Of a stretch of DNA of 64,000 nucleotides, positions 17,364 to 27,190 are shown piece by piece. The stretch is taken from NCBI GenBank assembly GCA_963703225.1, contig OY969801.1, positions 1,088,001 to 1,152,000 on the forward strand, read 5' to 3'. The DNA is from Candidatus Eiseniibacteriota bacterium. GTDB taxonomy: Bacteria; Eisenbacteria; RBG-16-71-46; SZUA-252. The notes under the pieces were generated by a model. That model was given only the letters and a program-made list of their open reading frames with translations, was not told the DNA's origin and searched no databases. Made by a program: the position numbers and the translations under genes. Every line of letters begins with the position of its first letter. Within the stretch, counting starts at the first letter, position 1.

Positions 17364-20300
17364 TCACTTCAAGATAATGAACCTTCCTGTCGTGCTCCCG
17401 TCCGATGTCTCAAGCTTGTAGTAGTAGATGCCCGTAGTGAGAATCGTTGCAGGGCTGGCACTCAACGTAATGTCGTGGAACCCCGGGCCATATTGAGACG
17501 CGTCCAACGCCGTGAATATAAGCCTCCCACGCACGTCGAAAACACCGAGCCGCACCGGTGCAGGTTTCGATGTGTAGAAGGAGAGCACAGGACTCTTTCG
17601 ACTGGGATTGGGAGTGACGGTTGCGTCCCGGACCCCGCGCTGGGGAACAATTTCGATGTCGACCGTTCCCTCGAACGCACCGCCCTGAGAAGCTCACCGC
17701 TGATGGTCGTGTGAACGCTTTGGCGACCGCCCTGGATGCTCTCAAACAGTCGCCGTAGGTCGGCCTTCGCAAAACATGCCGACAAGTCCGTGACGCCGTT
17801 GTTATCGCGATCACTAGGGGTGTCGGACTCCAACACTTGAGCCTGAATCCTGTCGGTTGATCCCGCTCCTGCCAACGCCAGTTTCACCGTAGTAGGGTCG
17901 ACCACTCCGAGGTCGAAGTCCCCGTCTAGTGGTTCCAGCTGCACGCATGCCCGGGGTCCACCTGAGCCGAGCCGAATCGGGCTCTCGCTACGGAGGATGT
18001 ACGCACGCGCCGCGAATCGCCTGCTCGCGACTGTGATCACCGTGGTCGCCGAGTCTGACCGAAGGATGCCTCTCGGGGGCGTCGACGGTGAAGTTGCGAT
18101 CATGGTCACGACGTAAATTCCCGCCTCGCCGGACCGAGGCGTCCAGGAAAAGTGGGCAGACGAGCGGGTGGGACTGGTAGATAGAACAGAGCCTGCGGGC
18201 AGCCCCTCGCCCACGAATGCGAGAATGGGGCCGCCGTCGGGGTCTGCGACGGTCGCATCGAAGACCAGCTCTTCGCCTTCGACACCTTGCACTTCAGCAG
18301 GGGCGATGACGACGGGAGGTCGGTCTGAGTCGCTGATCACGAGTTCGGTCGAGGCCCATCCTCCGGATTCGTTGGTTGCGTAGAAATCGACGCGGTAATA
18401 GCCGGCCTGGTCGAAGGTCGGCGTCCAGGTCAGGGTACCGGTTTGGTTACGAAGGGCCGGGTTCAAACAGGGCGCCTGGGGGCAGCCTGTCTGCGCGCAG
18501 TTCACTGATGGCATCACCATCCTGATCTTCAGCCGTGACGGTGAACGAGAGCAGTACTCCCTCGGTGCCACTAACCGATTCTGGTGCGAGAATCACCGGT
18601 TGCCGGTCGTTGTTTACAACGGTGAGCACAAGCAGTCCGTTGCCGACCTCCTCCTGACCGCCTAGGCCACCCGATTCCGATACGGCCGTGAACGAGACTG
18701 CATATTGGCCTGCTTGATCGAAGTCCGGATTCCACGTGAGCAGGCCACTGGTGTTCGCGGAGTCCGCAACAAAGGTGGCTCCTCGAGGTAGATTCGGCGC
18801 TACGAAGCTGACGATCGGGTCACCGTTCGGATCCGTCGCGTGAAGAGTGACCTCGATGGTCGGGCCGTCCTCGAACCCTAATGCTCCTCCCGGTCCGGTG
18901 ATTACCGGGGCACGTTCGGCCCTCCCCACTTCAATACGAGTAGTGTCGCTCGCTTGCCCCGAATTCGAGGCGGTGAATGTAAGGACATAGCTACCTGCCT
19001 GACCAACTGCAGTGTCCCAGCTGAGCGTCCCCAAAGAATTGTCTCCGCACGTGGCGAGTGAGGCGCCACTCGGCAGCGGTCCTGAAGTGAGGGCGTTGAT
19101 GGGATCCCCATCCAGATCGGCCGCGTGCACCGTGAAGTGTATCGACTCTCCCTCGAACGCCTGGATCGCAGTAGGGGCGGAGACTATCGGCGTGCTCATT
19201 CGCTGCACCGCCGAGCGAAGATCGGGTCGCGGGCCGATTGGCTCCTGAGATGCTGGGCGAGTGCCGTCCTGCTGGGGCGTGCCCGTTTCGACTAGCAACG
19301 CCCTCATGATCGAAGGTGGCACCGTCGTTCCCACACCGTGCTCTGCGATTCCTTCAACAGATGCGACGGCAGAGGCCACCAGCGGCCCCGCGCTCGAGGT
19401 GCCGCCGAAGAAGCGCGTGAACGTACGATTCGGACCTTCTTCGGAATAGAGATCGCCCCCCCCGGTGGTCACGACCCTGTGGCCCCAACCTTGGACGTCG
19501 AGGCGGGAGCCATAGTTGGAGAACCACGACCGGGCCCGATCGGGCCCAACCTCTGGAGCTGTTGGCGGAATACCGGCTCCAACCATGATCGCACCGGAGT
19601 TGTTCTCGGCCAGGAACGGCGCATGTCCGAAGTTCCCAGCCCTGTAAATCGGGTCGTCGAGACTCTGGCTTCCGTTGCCCGCTGGCTCCACGACGTGGAT
19701 TCCATTCCCGACCGCGGTCAAGATTGCGTTGTAGATGGAAGGCTCCCACTCTACGGGGACGTACCCGAACGGCGTTCCATCCGCTATGAAGTACGGTCCT
19801 ACCGTCCCTACCTCTATAAGGATGACGTCGCCCGCGTCCAGTTGCGATGTGGCCCAGAGGATCTGTTGGAACAGGCCGTATCCCGAATCGAGGAAGACGG
19901 GCGCGACAAGACAGCGAGCGTCGTAGGAGGCGCCGGTTGTGCCCCACCCGTTCGGCAGACTGAACATCGTCCCGAGGACCTCGGTCCCATGGTCATCCAC
20001 GGGAAGGGACGCAAGGGACTCGCCGCTGGGGATCATCACCGTGGCAGGCGGTAGATCCTCGTGGTTCAAATTCCACCCATACTCCATGTCACAGATTGCT
20101 ACCCCCGCACCGGTGCCACCTGGAATAGCCCAAGCGAAGTGAGAGTCGAGGCCGTCGGGGGCCGGGAGGAGATACCTCTGGAGAGGCTCGAAGTCAGGCA
20201 CGGAAGGGGCGGGCGCGGGGAGCGGAGCTGGCGCGGCCAACTCGACCTCTGGAAGGTCATTCAGCGCGTCTATCGTGGCCTTGGGATCGGCACCGGGCGG

Positions 20301-20765
20301 CAGGGTCAGGATGAAATAGCTGGAGAGGTCAGCGATTTCTCGGCCCAGGGCTAGCTGGGCGCGCGTTCTCAGCTGCTCGAGACGCGCACGGTCCATGCCC
20401 GACGCCGGCCGCCAGCGGCCACCTGCGTCGCCGATGCCCTGGAGCACCGTTGTGGCTCGCGTTGAAGCGAATCCAAGCGGGGGAGATCCAGCCAGCTTCC
20501 CGACAGCAGCGATGTGGGGTTCGAGCCCGTCCTGAAACTTGACATCAATTCGGAGCCGGTCGAACCCGGGGGGGATCGCAGCGTGGGTGGGCTTTACCAA
20601 GTGCTTGCGCGGATGAAGGTCAGACGCGGCTCTGGACCCCGGTGCGGCAGATCCAGCGGGTGCCTCCCCTGCATGGAGGGCCGAGAAGAGGGTGAGAAGG
20701 GCGAATACTAATGGTGCGCATCCGGGCAGGTGAAACGATGCCTCAACGCGCGCTAGGGATCCCAT
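17364..20765 (-). pseudogene. Secreted S8 (subtilisin-like) peptidase with tandem Ig-like repeats and C-terminal T9SS/FlgD-type sorting domain; two frameshifts (~18449, ~17684)
   Basis: D/H/S triad (ICDME, DHGT, GGTSSAGP); about five DxDGDPI...LPxGA...LxWTP repeats continue across frames; terminal PNP...FDVRGRLI...GIYYYKL. Confidence 0.75.
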
Positions 20766-20877
20766 GCATGTCCGTTCTCCCGGGGCGCGAGGAAGTCCTT
20801 TGCTGCGTTGAATGGCGTGGATTGGCCCCGGTACGAGCAGTGAATTATAGCACTCGGCGGAAAAGTCCCAGGGAAAC

Positions 20878-20887
20878 GTGGTAACTT
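20878..20887 (+). promoter_or_regulatory. Extended -10 motif of tRNA-Lys promoter (GTGGTAACTT)
   Basis: TGnTAAnnT motif conserved upstream of all tRNA 5'-half copies. Confidence 0.55.
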
Positions 20888-20905
20888 ACTCGCCTCAGTA
20901 TCGTT

Positions 20906-20978
20906 GGGCCGTTAGCTCAGTCGGCAGAGCACCTGCCTTTTAAGCAGGGAGTCGTTGGTTCGATTCCAACACGGCCCA
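20906..20978 (+). tRNA. tRNA-Lys (anticodon TTT), CCA not encoded
   Basis: Acceptor GGGCCGT/ACGGCCC, anticodon arm CCTGC-CTTTTAA-GCAGG, T arm GTTGG-TTCGATT-CCAAC. Confidence 0.97.
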
Positions 20979-21012
20979 CACCCATAAGGACATCCGCGCA
21001 AGGGAGGGAGCC

Positions 21013-21582
21013 CTGGACGAGACCAAGCATCATTCAGCGAAGCCCGACGCCCCGGGGCTGCACGAGACGGACGCGCCGCGCCGCACGCCGCGGCCTCCGA
21101 TTGGGCTACCGATACTGCCCGACGGCCGTACCGCGCTCCCGGAAGGCAATCCCTGCGTCGGCTGCGATCACTGCTGCCGCCACGTCGCGCTCGAGATCGA
21201 CGCGCCGCGTACGAAACGAGACTTCGATAACATCCGATGGTACCTGCTCCACAAGAACATCTCGGTCATGCTCGACTGGGAGGGGAGTTGGCTGATCCAG
21301 TTCGACACGCCCTGCAACTGGCTGGTCGACGGGAAGTGTACCCACTACGCGCTCCGCCCCGAGATCTGCCGGGAATACGACCCGGCCGATTGCGAGCGCT
21401 ACAACCCGAATCCGGCCGAGAAGGTGCTGCTTCGAAACGAACGAGATCTGGAGAAGTTCCTCGTGGAGAGGGAAGCGCGACTGGCCGCTCGTCGGGCGCG
21501 ACAAGGCACCACCACACGCCGGGCGCGCAAGGGAACGGCCGCAAAGCCTCGAGCTACGCGGGCAAAGCGTCGGGTATACTGA
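21013..21582 (+). CDS. YkgJ-like cysteine-cluster (CxxCxxCC) protein, probable CTG start
   Basis: CVGCDHCC at ~21154 is in frame with PCNWL...KCTHYALRPEICREY; GGAGG SD before CTG 21013; no ATG/GTG/TTG upstream of the Cys motif. Confidence 0.75.
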   Translation: MDETKHHSAKPDAPGLHETDAPRRTPRPPIGLPILPDGRTALPEGNPCVGCDHCCRHVALEIDAPRTKRDFDNIRWYLLHKNISVMLDWEGSWLIQFDTPCNWLVDGKCTHYALRPEICREYDPADCERYNPNPAEKVLLRNERDLEKFLVEREARLAARRARQGTTTRRARKGTAAKPRATRAKRRVY

Positions 21583-21620
21583 GTGCCTCGTTTGGATTCT
21601 CTCGCATCCTAGGGGCGGGA

Positions 21621-24011
21621 ATGGACGCGCTGCTCGGGAAGAAGCTGTCGCACTACAGCGTCGAAGAGAAGATCGGCGCCGGCGGGATGGGGGAAGTCTA
21701 TCGGGCGCGTGACACCCGCCTCGATCGGACGGTCGCCATCAAAGCCCTGCCAACGCCCGTGGCCGGCGACCCCGCGCGCTTGGCCCGCTTCGAGCGCGAA
21801 GCGAAGCTCCTTGCCTCCCTGAGCCACCCGAACATCGCGGGCATCTACGGACTCGAAGAAGTGGACGGCGCGCTCTACCTGGTCCTTGAGTTCATCCAGG
21901 GTGAGAGCCTCGCCCAGCGCCTCGCTCGAGGGCCGCTCGGCATTGCGGAAGCACTCGACATCGGCGGCCAGGTTGCCAGCGCGATCGAGGCCGCCCACGA
22001 GCGCGGGATTGTGCACCGCGACCTAAAGCCCGGCAACGTCATGGTCATGCCGCCGCGGACGGTGAAGGTGCTCGATTTCGGACTCGCGAAGGGCGACGGT
22101 TCCGCCCCGGGCCCTCCCGCGGCCCTCTCGGCCTCGCCCACCGTGGCGCATGCGGCCACGGCGGCCGGCATCGTCCTCGGCACCGCGCCCTATATGAGCC
22201 CCGAGCAGGCGCGCGGCAAGGAGGTCGACCGGCGAACCGACGTGTGGGCCTTCGGGTGCCTGCTGTTCGAGTGCCTCGCGGGTCGCCAAGCATTCGCCGG
22301 CGAAACCGCTTCGGACGTGATCGCACGGATTCTCGAGCGCGAGCCGGATTGGAGCCCCCTTCCGGCGTCGATGCCGCCGCGTCTTCGAGATCTATTGGAG
22401 CGATGTCTGACGAAGGATGTCGAACAGCGCCCGCGCGACATCGGGGATCTGCGGCGTGAGCTGGGCTCGATCGCGCAAGAGCTGTCATCCCCGGGGCGGC
22501 CGGCAGCGGCCCCGGCCACGGAGCGCCCGTCGCTCGCCGTGCTCTACTTCGAGAATTTGGCCAATGATCCCGAGAGCGAGTATTTCTGCGCGGGCATCAC
22601 GGAGGACATCCTCACTGACATCTCGAAGATCAAGGGGCTTCGCGTGGCGTCCCGAAACGCGGTTGCGCGTTATCGAGGCACGCCGGTCGACATCGGAACA
22701 GTGGCGTCGGAGCTGGGTGTGAGGGCCGTGCTCGAGGGGAGTGTCCGGAAGGCAGGGGATCGGGTTCGAATCACCGCGCAGCTCATTAACGCCGCCGATG
22801 GATTTCACCTCTGGGCGGAGCGGTACGATCGGACGCTTCAGGACGTTTTCTCGGTGCAGGAGGAAATCGCCTCCTCCATCGCGACAGCGCTGCGCGTCGC
22901 GCTCACCCCCGCCGAAACGCAAGGCTTGCTCCAGAACCGTCCGGACGATGTTCGCGCATACGACCTTTATTTGAAGGGACGCGCGCGGTACGGAAGCTAT
23001 ACGGCTGAATCGCTGCGCGACGCCCTCGACCTGTTCCAGAAGGCGGCCGCGATCGACCCCGACTACGCCCTGGCCTGGGCTGGAATCGCCGACTGCTACG
23101 GGCAAATGACGCAGTGGGGAATCGCAGCGGACATCGAGGAGGCCCTGCGGCTCGGTCTCGAGGCGGCGCGAAAGGCGATCGCGCTCAATCCACGCCTGCC
23201 CGAAGCCCACAAGGCCGAATCGCTCGTACTCCGTTACATGGGAGACGCTGTCGGCGCGCGGGCGTCCCTGACGAGGGCGCTCGAGGCTAACCCGCGTTTC
23301 GCGCCCGCCTTGATCAACCTCGCTGTGGATTCGTTCGACCATGCCGATCTCGCCGGCGCCGAGCGGCTGATCCGCCGCGTCCTGGACCTTGATGCCCAGG
23401 ACGCATTCGCCACGACCTGGCTCGCAGCTCTCTTGGTCTATACCAGCCGGTACGATCAGGCGATCGCGGCCGGCACCCGAGTCCGAACCTTGTCCTCGGA
23501 CACGTTCTACGTCACCGCGTCCTACATCCTCCGGGCCTGGGCCAACCTCTCGCGTGGCGACCTCGCCGCCGCGGAACAGGCGATGCGCGAGGGCGCCGCG
23601 GACGGTGCCGATCCTGTCAACCTGCGCGGTGTCGAAGCCATGCTCGCGGCGCGAGCGGGTCGTCTCGACGAGGCGGGACGGATACTGCGCGGGATCGCGG
23701 ATGCGAAGAACCTGGGCGCGGGAAGCATCTCGGTCGCGGCTGGCGCGGCCGCCCGCGTGGGAGACCCGGAGCTATCCGCCCGATTCCTGGAAAAGGTGAC
23801 CGGGACCCGGATGAGCGGCACAATGGCGCGCCTCGATCCGGAGCTTCACCCGCTTCTCGATCGGCCGTCGTTGGCCCCGCGCAGGCGGGACGTCACCCTC
23901 ATCTGGCCACTTGAAGCGCCGATGATCGACCCCGCCCGCTACGTGCTGTTCAAGGAAGTGCGGATCGAATCGGGGCTTCCGCAGGGGAGCGACCTACTGG
24001 CCTCCCGCTAG
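21621..24011 (+). CDS. Ser/Thr protein kinase with TolB-N-like domain and TPR repeats
   Basis: GAGGMG, HRDLKPGN, DFG; SLAVLYFENL...EGSVRKAGDRVRITAQLI...WAERYDR; TPR-like repeats. Confidence 0.9.
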   Translation: MDALLGKKLSHYSVEEKIGAGGMGEVYRARDTRLDRTVAIKALPTPVAGDPARLARFEREAKLLASLSHPNIAGIYGLEEVDGALYLVLEFIQGESLAQRLARGPLGIAEALDIGGQVASAIEAAHERGIVHRDLKPGNVMVMPPRTVKVLDFGLAKGDGSAPGPPAALSASPTVAHAATAAGIVLGTAPYMSPEQARGKEVDRRTDVWAFGCLLFECLAGRQAFAGETASDVIARILEREPDWSPLPASMPPRLRDLLERCLTKDVEQRPRDIGDLRRELGSIAQELSSPGRPAAAPATERPSLAVLYFENLANDPESEYFCAGITEDILTDISKIKGLRVASRNAVARYRGTPVDIGTVASELGVRAVLEGSVRKAGDRVRITAQLINAADGFHLWAERYDRTLQDVFSVQEEIASSIATALRVALTPAETQGLLQNRPDDVRAYDLYLKGRARYGSYTAESLRDALDLFQKAAAIDPDYALAWAGIADCYGQMTQWGIAADIEEALRLGLEAARKAIALNPRLPEAHKAESLVLRYMGDAVGARASLTRALEANPRFAPALINLAVDSFDHADLAGAERLIRRVLDLDAQDAFATTWLAALLVYTSRYDQAIAAGTRVRTLSSDTFYVTASYILRAWANLSRGDLAAAEQAMREGAADGADPVNLRGVEAMLAARAGRLDEAGRILRGIADAKNLGAGSISVAAGAAARVGDPELSARFLEKVTGTRMSGTMARLDPELHPLLDRPSLAPRRRDVTLIWPLEAPMIDPARYVLFKEVRIESGLPQGSDLLASR

Positions 24012-24739
24012 GGCCGGGTCTCGAAGCCGCGCATCAGCTCCACGGGGTCGTGAATCCGCAGCACGCCGACCGAAAGATAGACCTGAGCGTGGGCCGTTCC
24101 GATCGCGAAGCCATTCACGCGCGAGGCCGCTTCCACCAGCTCCACGACTCCTGGCGTCGCCGATTTCGGCCTGGGCTTCTCCGGATTGAAGAACTGCGTC
24201 CGATGGGCAGACAGGGCCCTCATCCAGTCGTCGAAGTAGGGGGAGACGTCGACGATGAAGGTCGGCTTGGTCCCCGGAGGGATGAAGTAGTAGAAGATCG
24301 CCTTCGCCTGGTGCGGTTCCCCTGGAATCGGGGCCTTGCGAAGGTGGGCTAGATTGAAAGCTTGGGAGACCAGCTCGCCCGTCTTGAAATGATCGTTGTG
24401 GCCTAGCCCACGACCGATCGGCAGATCGTAGTAGGGGGCGAACAGCACGTCGGGGCGGTACTTTCGGATCACCGCGGCGACCTTGCATCGATTCTCGAAC
24501 GTGTCTTCGATTTGATGATCTCCGAGATCCAGATTCTCGCGCACGTCGAACTTCAATATTTTGGCCGCCTCCTCGCACTCCCGATCGCGTTCGTCCGGAG
24601 TGCCCCAGCCCATGTCGCCCCGCGTCATGTCGATGATCGCGGTGGTGTGGCCCAAATCCTTCATCTTGAGCAGCAGGCCGCCGGCGCCGATCTCGGCGTC
24701 GTCGGGGTGTGGTCCAAAGACCATGATGTCGATCTTCAT
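24008..24739 (-). CDS. bshB1: PIG-L family deacetylase, BshB1-like
   Basis: PHPDDAEIGAGG, DMTRG, AVIRKYRP, HNDH and AHRTQF motifs. Confidence 0.7.
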   Translation of the reverse strand: MKIDIMVFGPHPDDAEIGAGGLLLKMKDLGHTTAIIDMTRGDMGWGTPDERDRECEEAAKILKFDVRENLDLGDHQIEDTFENRCKVAAVIRKYRPDVLFAPYYDLPIGRGLGHNDHFKTGELVSQAFNLAHLRKAPIPGEPHQAKAIFYYFIPPGTKPTFIVDVSPYFDDWMRALSAHRTQFFNPEKPRPKSATPGVVELVEAASRVNGFAIGTAHAQVYLSVGVLRIHDPVELMRGFETRP

Positions 24740-25047
24740 TCGGGGTCGGGCTCCTTGGGCTTGAAGAGCGAATCGAGCTTCGATCGGGCTGCCTGCGCGC
24801 GGTCGGTCCGCGCGCCCGCCGCGCCGGCGACGGCGGCGTTCAACGAGAAATAGTCACAAAAGTTCCGCCGGTCGCGGTCGGTGACCCATTCGGCATTGGG
24901 CTCGCGGCACTGATTGTGGACGTGGGGGTCGTGGTGGCGACACTGAACGCACGCGTGGAGGTCCCTCTGGCAGTTGGGGCAGACGCTATCCCGAACGATC
25001 CGCATCTTGGGATCGAGCGACGTGTGACAGAAATGACAGGCGCTCAT
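24736..25047 (-). CDS. Small Cys-rich zinc-ribbon-like protein
   Basis: CHFC, CPNC, CVQC, QCRE and NFCDYF; stop overlaps next start. Confidence 0.7.
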   Translation of the reverse strand: MSACHFCHTSLDPKMRIVRDSVCPNCQRDLHACVQCRHHDPHVHNQCREPNAEWVTDRDRRNFCDYFSLNAAVAGAAGARTDRAQAARSKLDSLFKPKEPDPE

Positions 25048-25134
25048 AGACCGGATCCTCCCCGAATGAGTCCGAAATGATAGGGAGGAGGCGCGCTCTT
25101 GACAATACCGCACTGGCGCCCGATCATTCCCGCC

Positions 25135-26010
25135 ATGCTGCAGTCGGCTTCGAAATGGATCGTCAGCACAATCTCCGTCGCGCTACTCGTCGGGGGTTGC
25201 GCGTCAGCAAAGAAACAAGCTCCAGCGGTCACGTGGACCACCGCGATGGACGCAGCATTGGCCGATGCGGGGAAGGCCAATCGGCCGATCCTCATGGATT
25301 TCTACACCGACTGGTGCGAGTGGTGCACCGCGCTCGACGACACGACCTATAAGGACGCCCAATTCATCGAGTACTCCAAGAAGTTCACGTGCGGAAGGGT
25401 GAACGCCGAGGTGGATACGGTGAGCGCGGCTCGGTACCACGTCCGCAGCTACCCGACGGTCATCATCATGAAGCCGGACGGCACCGAGATCGATCGGGTG
25501 GTGGGCTACTCCCGCGCCCCCGAGTTCATCGCCCAGATCGAGGATTACATGGCGGGCCGGAACACGCTCGCCGCGCTGATCGCGGAAGAGCCGGCGAAGG
25601 GCTCCGATCCCCTCTTTCTGGTCAAGCTGGCCGAGCGGTATCAGGATCACGGACTCTGGCCGGAAGCAAGGGCCCGGTATGAGAAGGTCGTCGCCATGGA
25701 TCCCAAGAACACGAGCGGCCAGATCGACGACGTGCTGATGACCCTGGCGCGGGCGAGCCGCAGGGAGAAGAATTACGCCCCGGGCCGCAAGTACGCGCAG
25801 ACCGTCCTCGACCAGTACCCTGACAGCGACTGCGCCAGCTCCGCGCTCCTCGAGCTGGCGATCAACTGGAAGAAGGCTGGGGAACCCGCCAAGGCGCGCC
25901 CCATCTTCCTCGATTTCGCGAAACGATACCCGAGCGACGGCGATGCCGCGTACGCTCGGGAACAGGCCGATTCCATGGCCGTGAAGATCGCCCAGAAGAC
26001 CGGCGCTTGA
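25135..26010 (+). CDS. Thioredoxin-fold plus TPR lipoprotein
   Basis: Lipobox VGGC, DFYTDWCEWC, YPT; C-terminal TPR-like helices. Confidence 0.8.
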   Translation: MLQSASKWIVSTISVALLVGGCASAKKQAPAVTWTTAMDAALADAGKANRPILMDFYTDWCEWCTALDDTTYKDAQFIEYSKKFTCGRVNAEVDTVSAARYHVRSYPTVIIMKPDGTEIDRVVGYSRAPEFIAQIEDYMAGRNTLAALIAEEPAKGSDPLFLVKLAERYQDHGLWPEARARYEKVVAMDPKNTSGQIDDVLMTLARASRREKNYAPGRKYAQTVLDQYPDSDCASSALLELAINWKKAGEPAKARPIFLDFAKRYPSDGDAAYAREQADSMAVKIAQKTGA

Positions 26011-26035
26011 CGCGCCGACCCACCCCAAGCACGAC

Positions 26036-27115
26036 ATGAAGCTCGGTATCCTGGGACCGCCCCAAAGCGGAAAGACCACGCTGTTCGCGGCGCTCACCCG
26101 CGGGCAGGCGGAGTCGGGGTCGGCGCGGGGTGAAAAGGTTCACCTCGGCTCGGTGAAGGTCCCCGACGCCCGCCTGGATCGCCTCCGCGAGATCTACCAG
26201 CCGAAGAAGTTCACGCCCGCGAAGGTCGACTACGTCGATGCCCCCGCGCTCGAGACCTCGAAGGGCGAGCGCGGCGCCCTCGCGGCCTTGAGCGCGCTGC
26301 GAGACGTCGACGCGTTCGTCCTCGTGATCCGCGCGTTCGAGAATCCCTCGGTGCCCCACTTCATGGACACCGTCGACGCCGCCCGCGACGCGGCCTGGTT
26401 CTCGGGAGAGCTTCTGCTCGAGGATCTTGCGGTCATCGAGCGGCGGCTCGACCGAATCGAGAAGGCGGTCAAGGTGGGGAAGAAGCCCGAGGATCCGAAC
26501 GAGTACGAGGCGCTCAAGAAGGTGAAGGCGGCGCTGGAGTCGGAGCAGCCGGCCCGGGCCGCGGGGCTCACCCCGGTCCAGGAACGCTCCCTTCGGGGTT
26601 TCCAGCTCCTGTCCGGACGCCCGTGGATCGCCGTCGTGAACACGGACGATGCGTCCTTGAAGCTGGGGGAGGCGGCGCTCGCCGATCCGGTGCGCCGGCT
26701 CCTGCCGGCTCCGACACCGGTCCTGGTCCTTTCCGCCAAGACCGAAGCCGAGCTGGTGGCGCTACCTGACGACGAAGCGCGCGAGTTCATGGCCATGCTC
26801 GGCATCAGCGAGCCGGGGCTGACCCGCATGATCCGAGCCTCCTACGAGGCGCTCGGCCTGATCTCCTTCTTCACGGTCGGGGAGGACGAGGTTCGCGCTT
26901 GGACCGTCCGGGAAGGCGCCCAGGCGCCGGAGGCCGCCGGGACCATCCACAGCGACATGGAACGGGGCTTCATCCGGGCCGAAGCCATCGGATTCGAGGA
27001 CCTGATCCAGGCCGGCACGATGGCCAAAGCTCGGGAGCGGGGGCTCTTGCGGACCGAGGGGAGAGAATATAGAGTCCGGGATGGCGACATACTGAACATC
27101 CGCTTCAGCGTCTGA
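26036..27115 (+). CDS. ychF: Redox-regulated ATPase YchF (Obg family)
   Basis: GPPQSGKTT, VKVPDARL, FFTVGEDEVRAW, AGTIHSDMERGFIRAE, C-terminal TGS domain. Confidence 0.9.
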   Translation: MKLGILGPPQSGKTTLFAALTRGQAESGSARGEKVHLGSVKVPDARLDRLREIYQPKKFTPAKVDYVDAPALETSKGERGALAALSALRDVDAFVLVIRAFENPSVPHFMDTVDAARDAAWFSGELLLEDLAVIERRLDRIEKAVKVGKKPEDPNEYEALKKVKAALESEQPARAAGLTPVQERSLRGFQLLSGRPWIAVVNTDDASLKLGEAALADPVRRLLPAPTPVLVLSAKTEAELVALPDDEAREFMAMLGISEPGLTRMIRASYEALGLISFFTVGEDEVRAWTVREGAQAPEAAGTIHSDMERGFIRAEAIGFEDLIQAGTMAKARERGLLRTEGREYRVRDGDILNIRFSV

Positions 27116-27190
27116 GGGAAACTTCCCGCGCGGGCCGGACGTAAAGAGGTTGTAGGGATTTTCGTTCGGACTCGATCCGGGAGGAGCGGA

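Noticed and set aside
1352..20978. Classical integron or prophage
   Set aside because: No intI, no evident attC RYYYAAC...GTTRRRY sites at the junctions, and no phage structural or replication genes.
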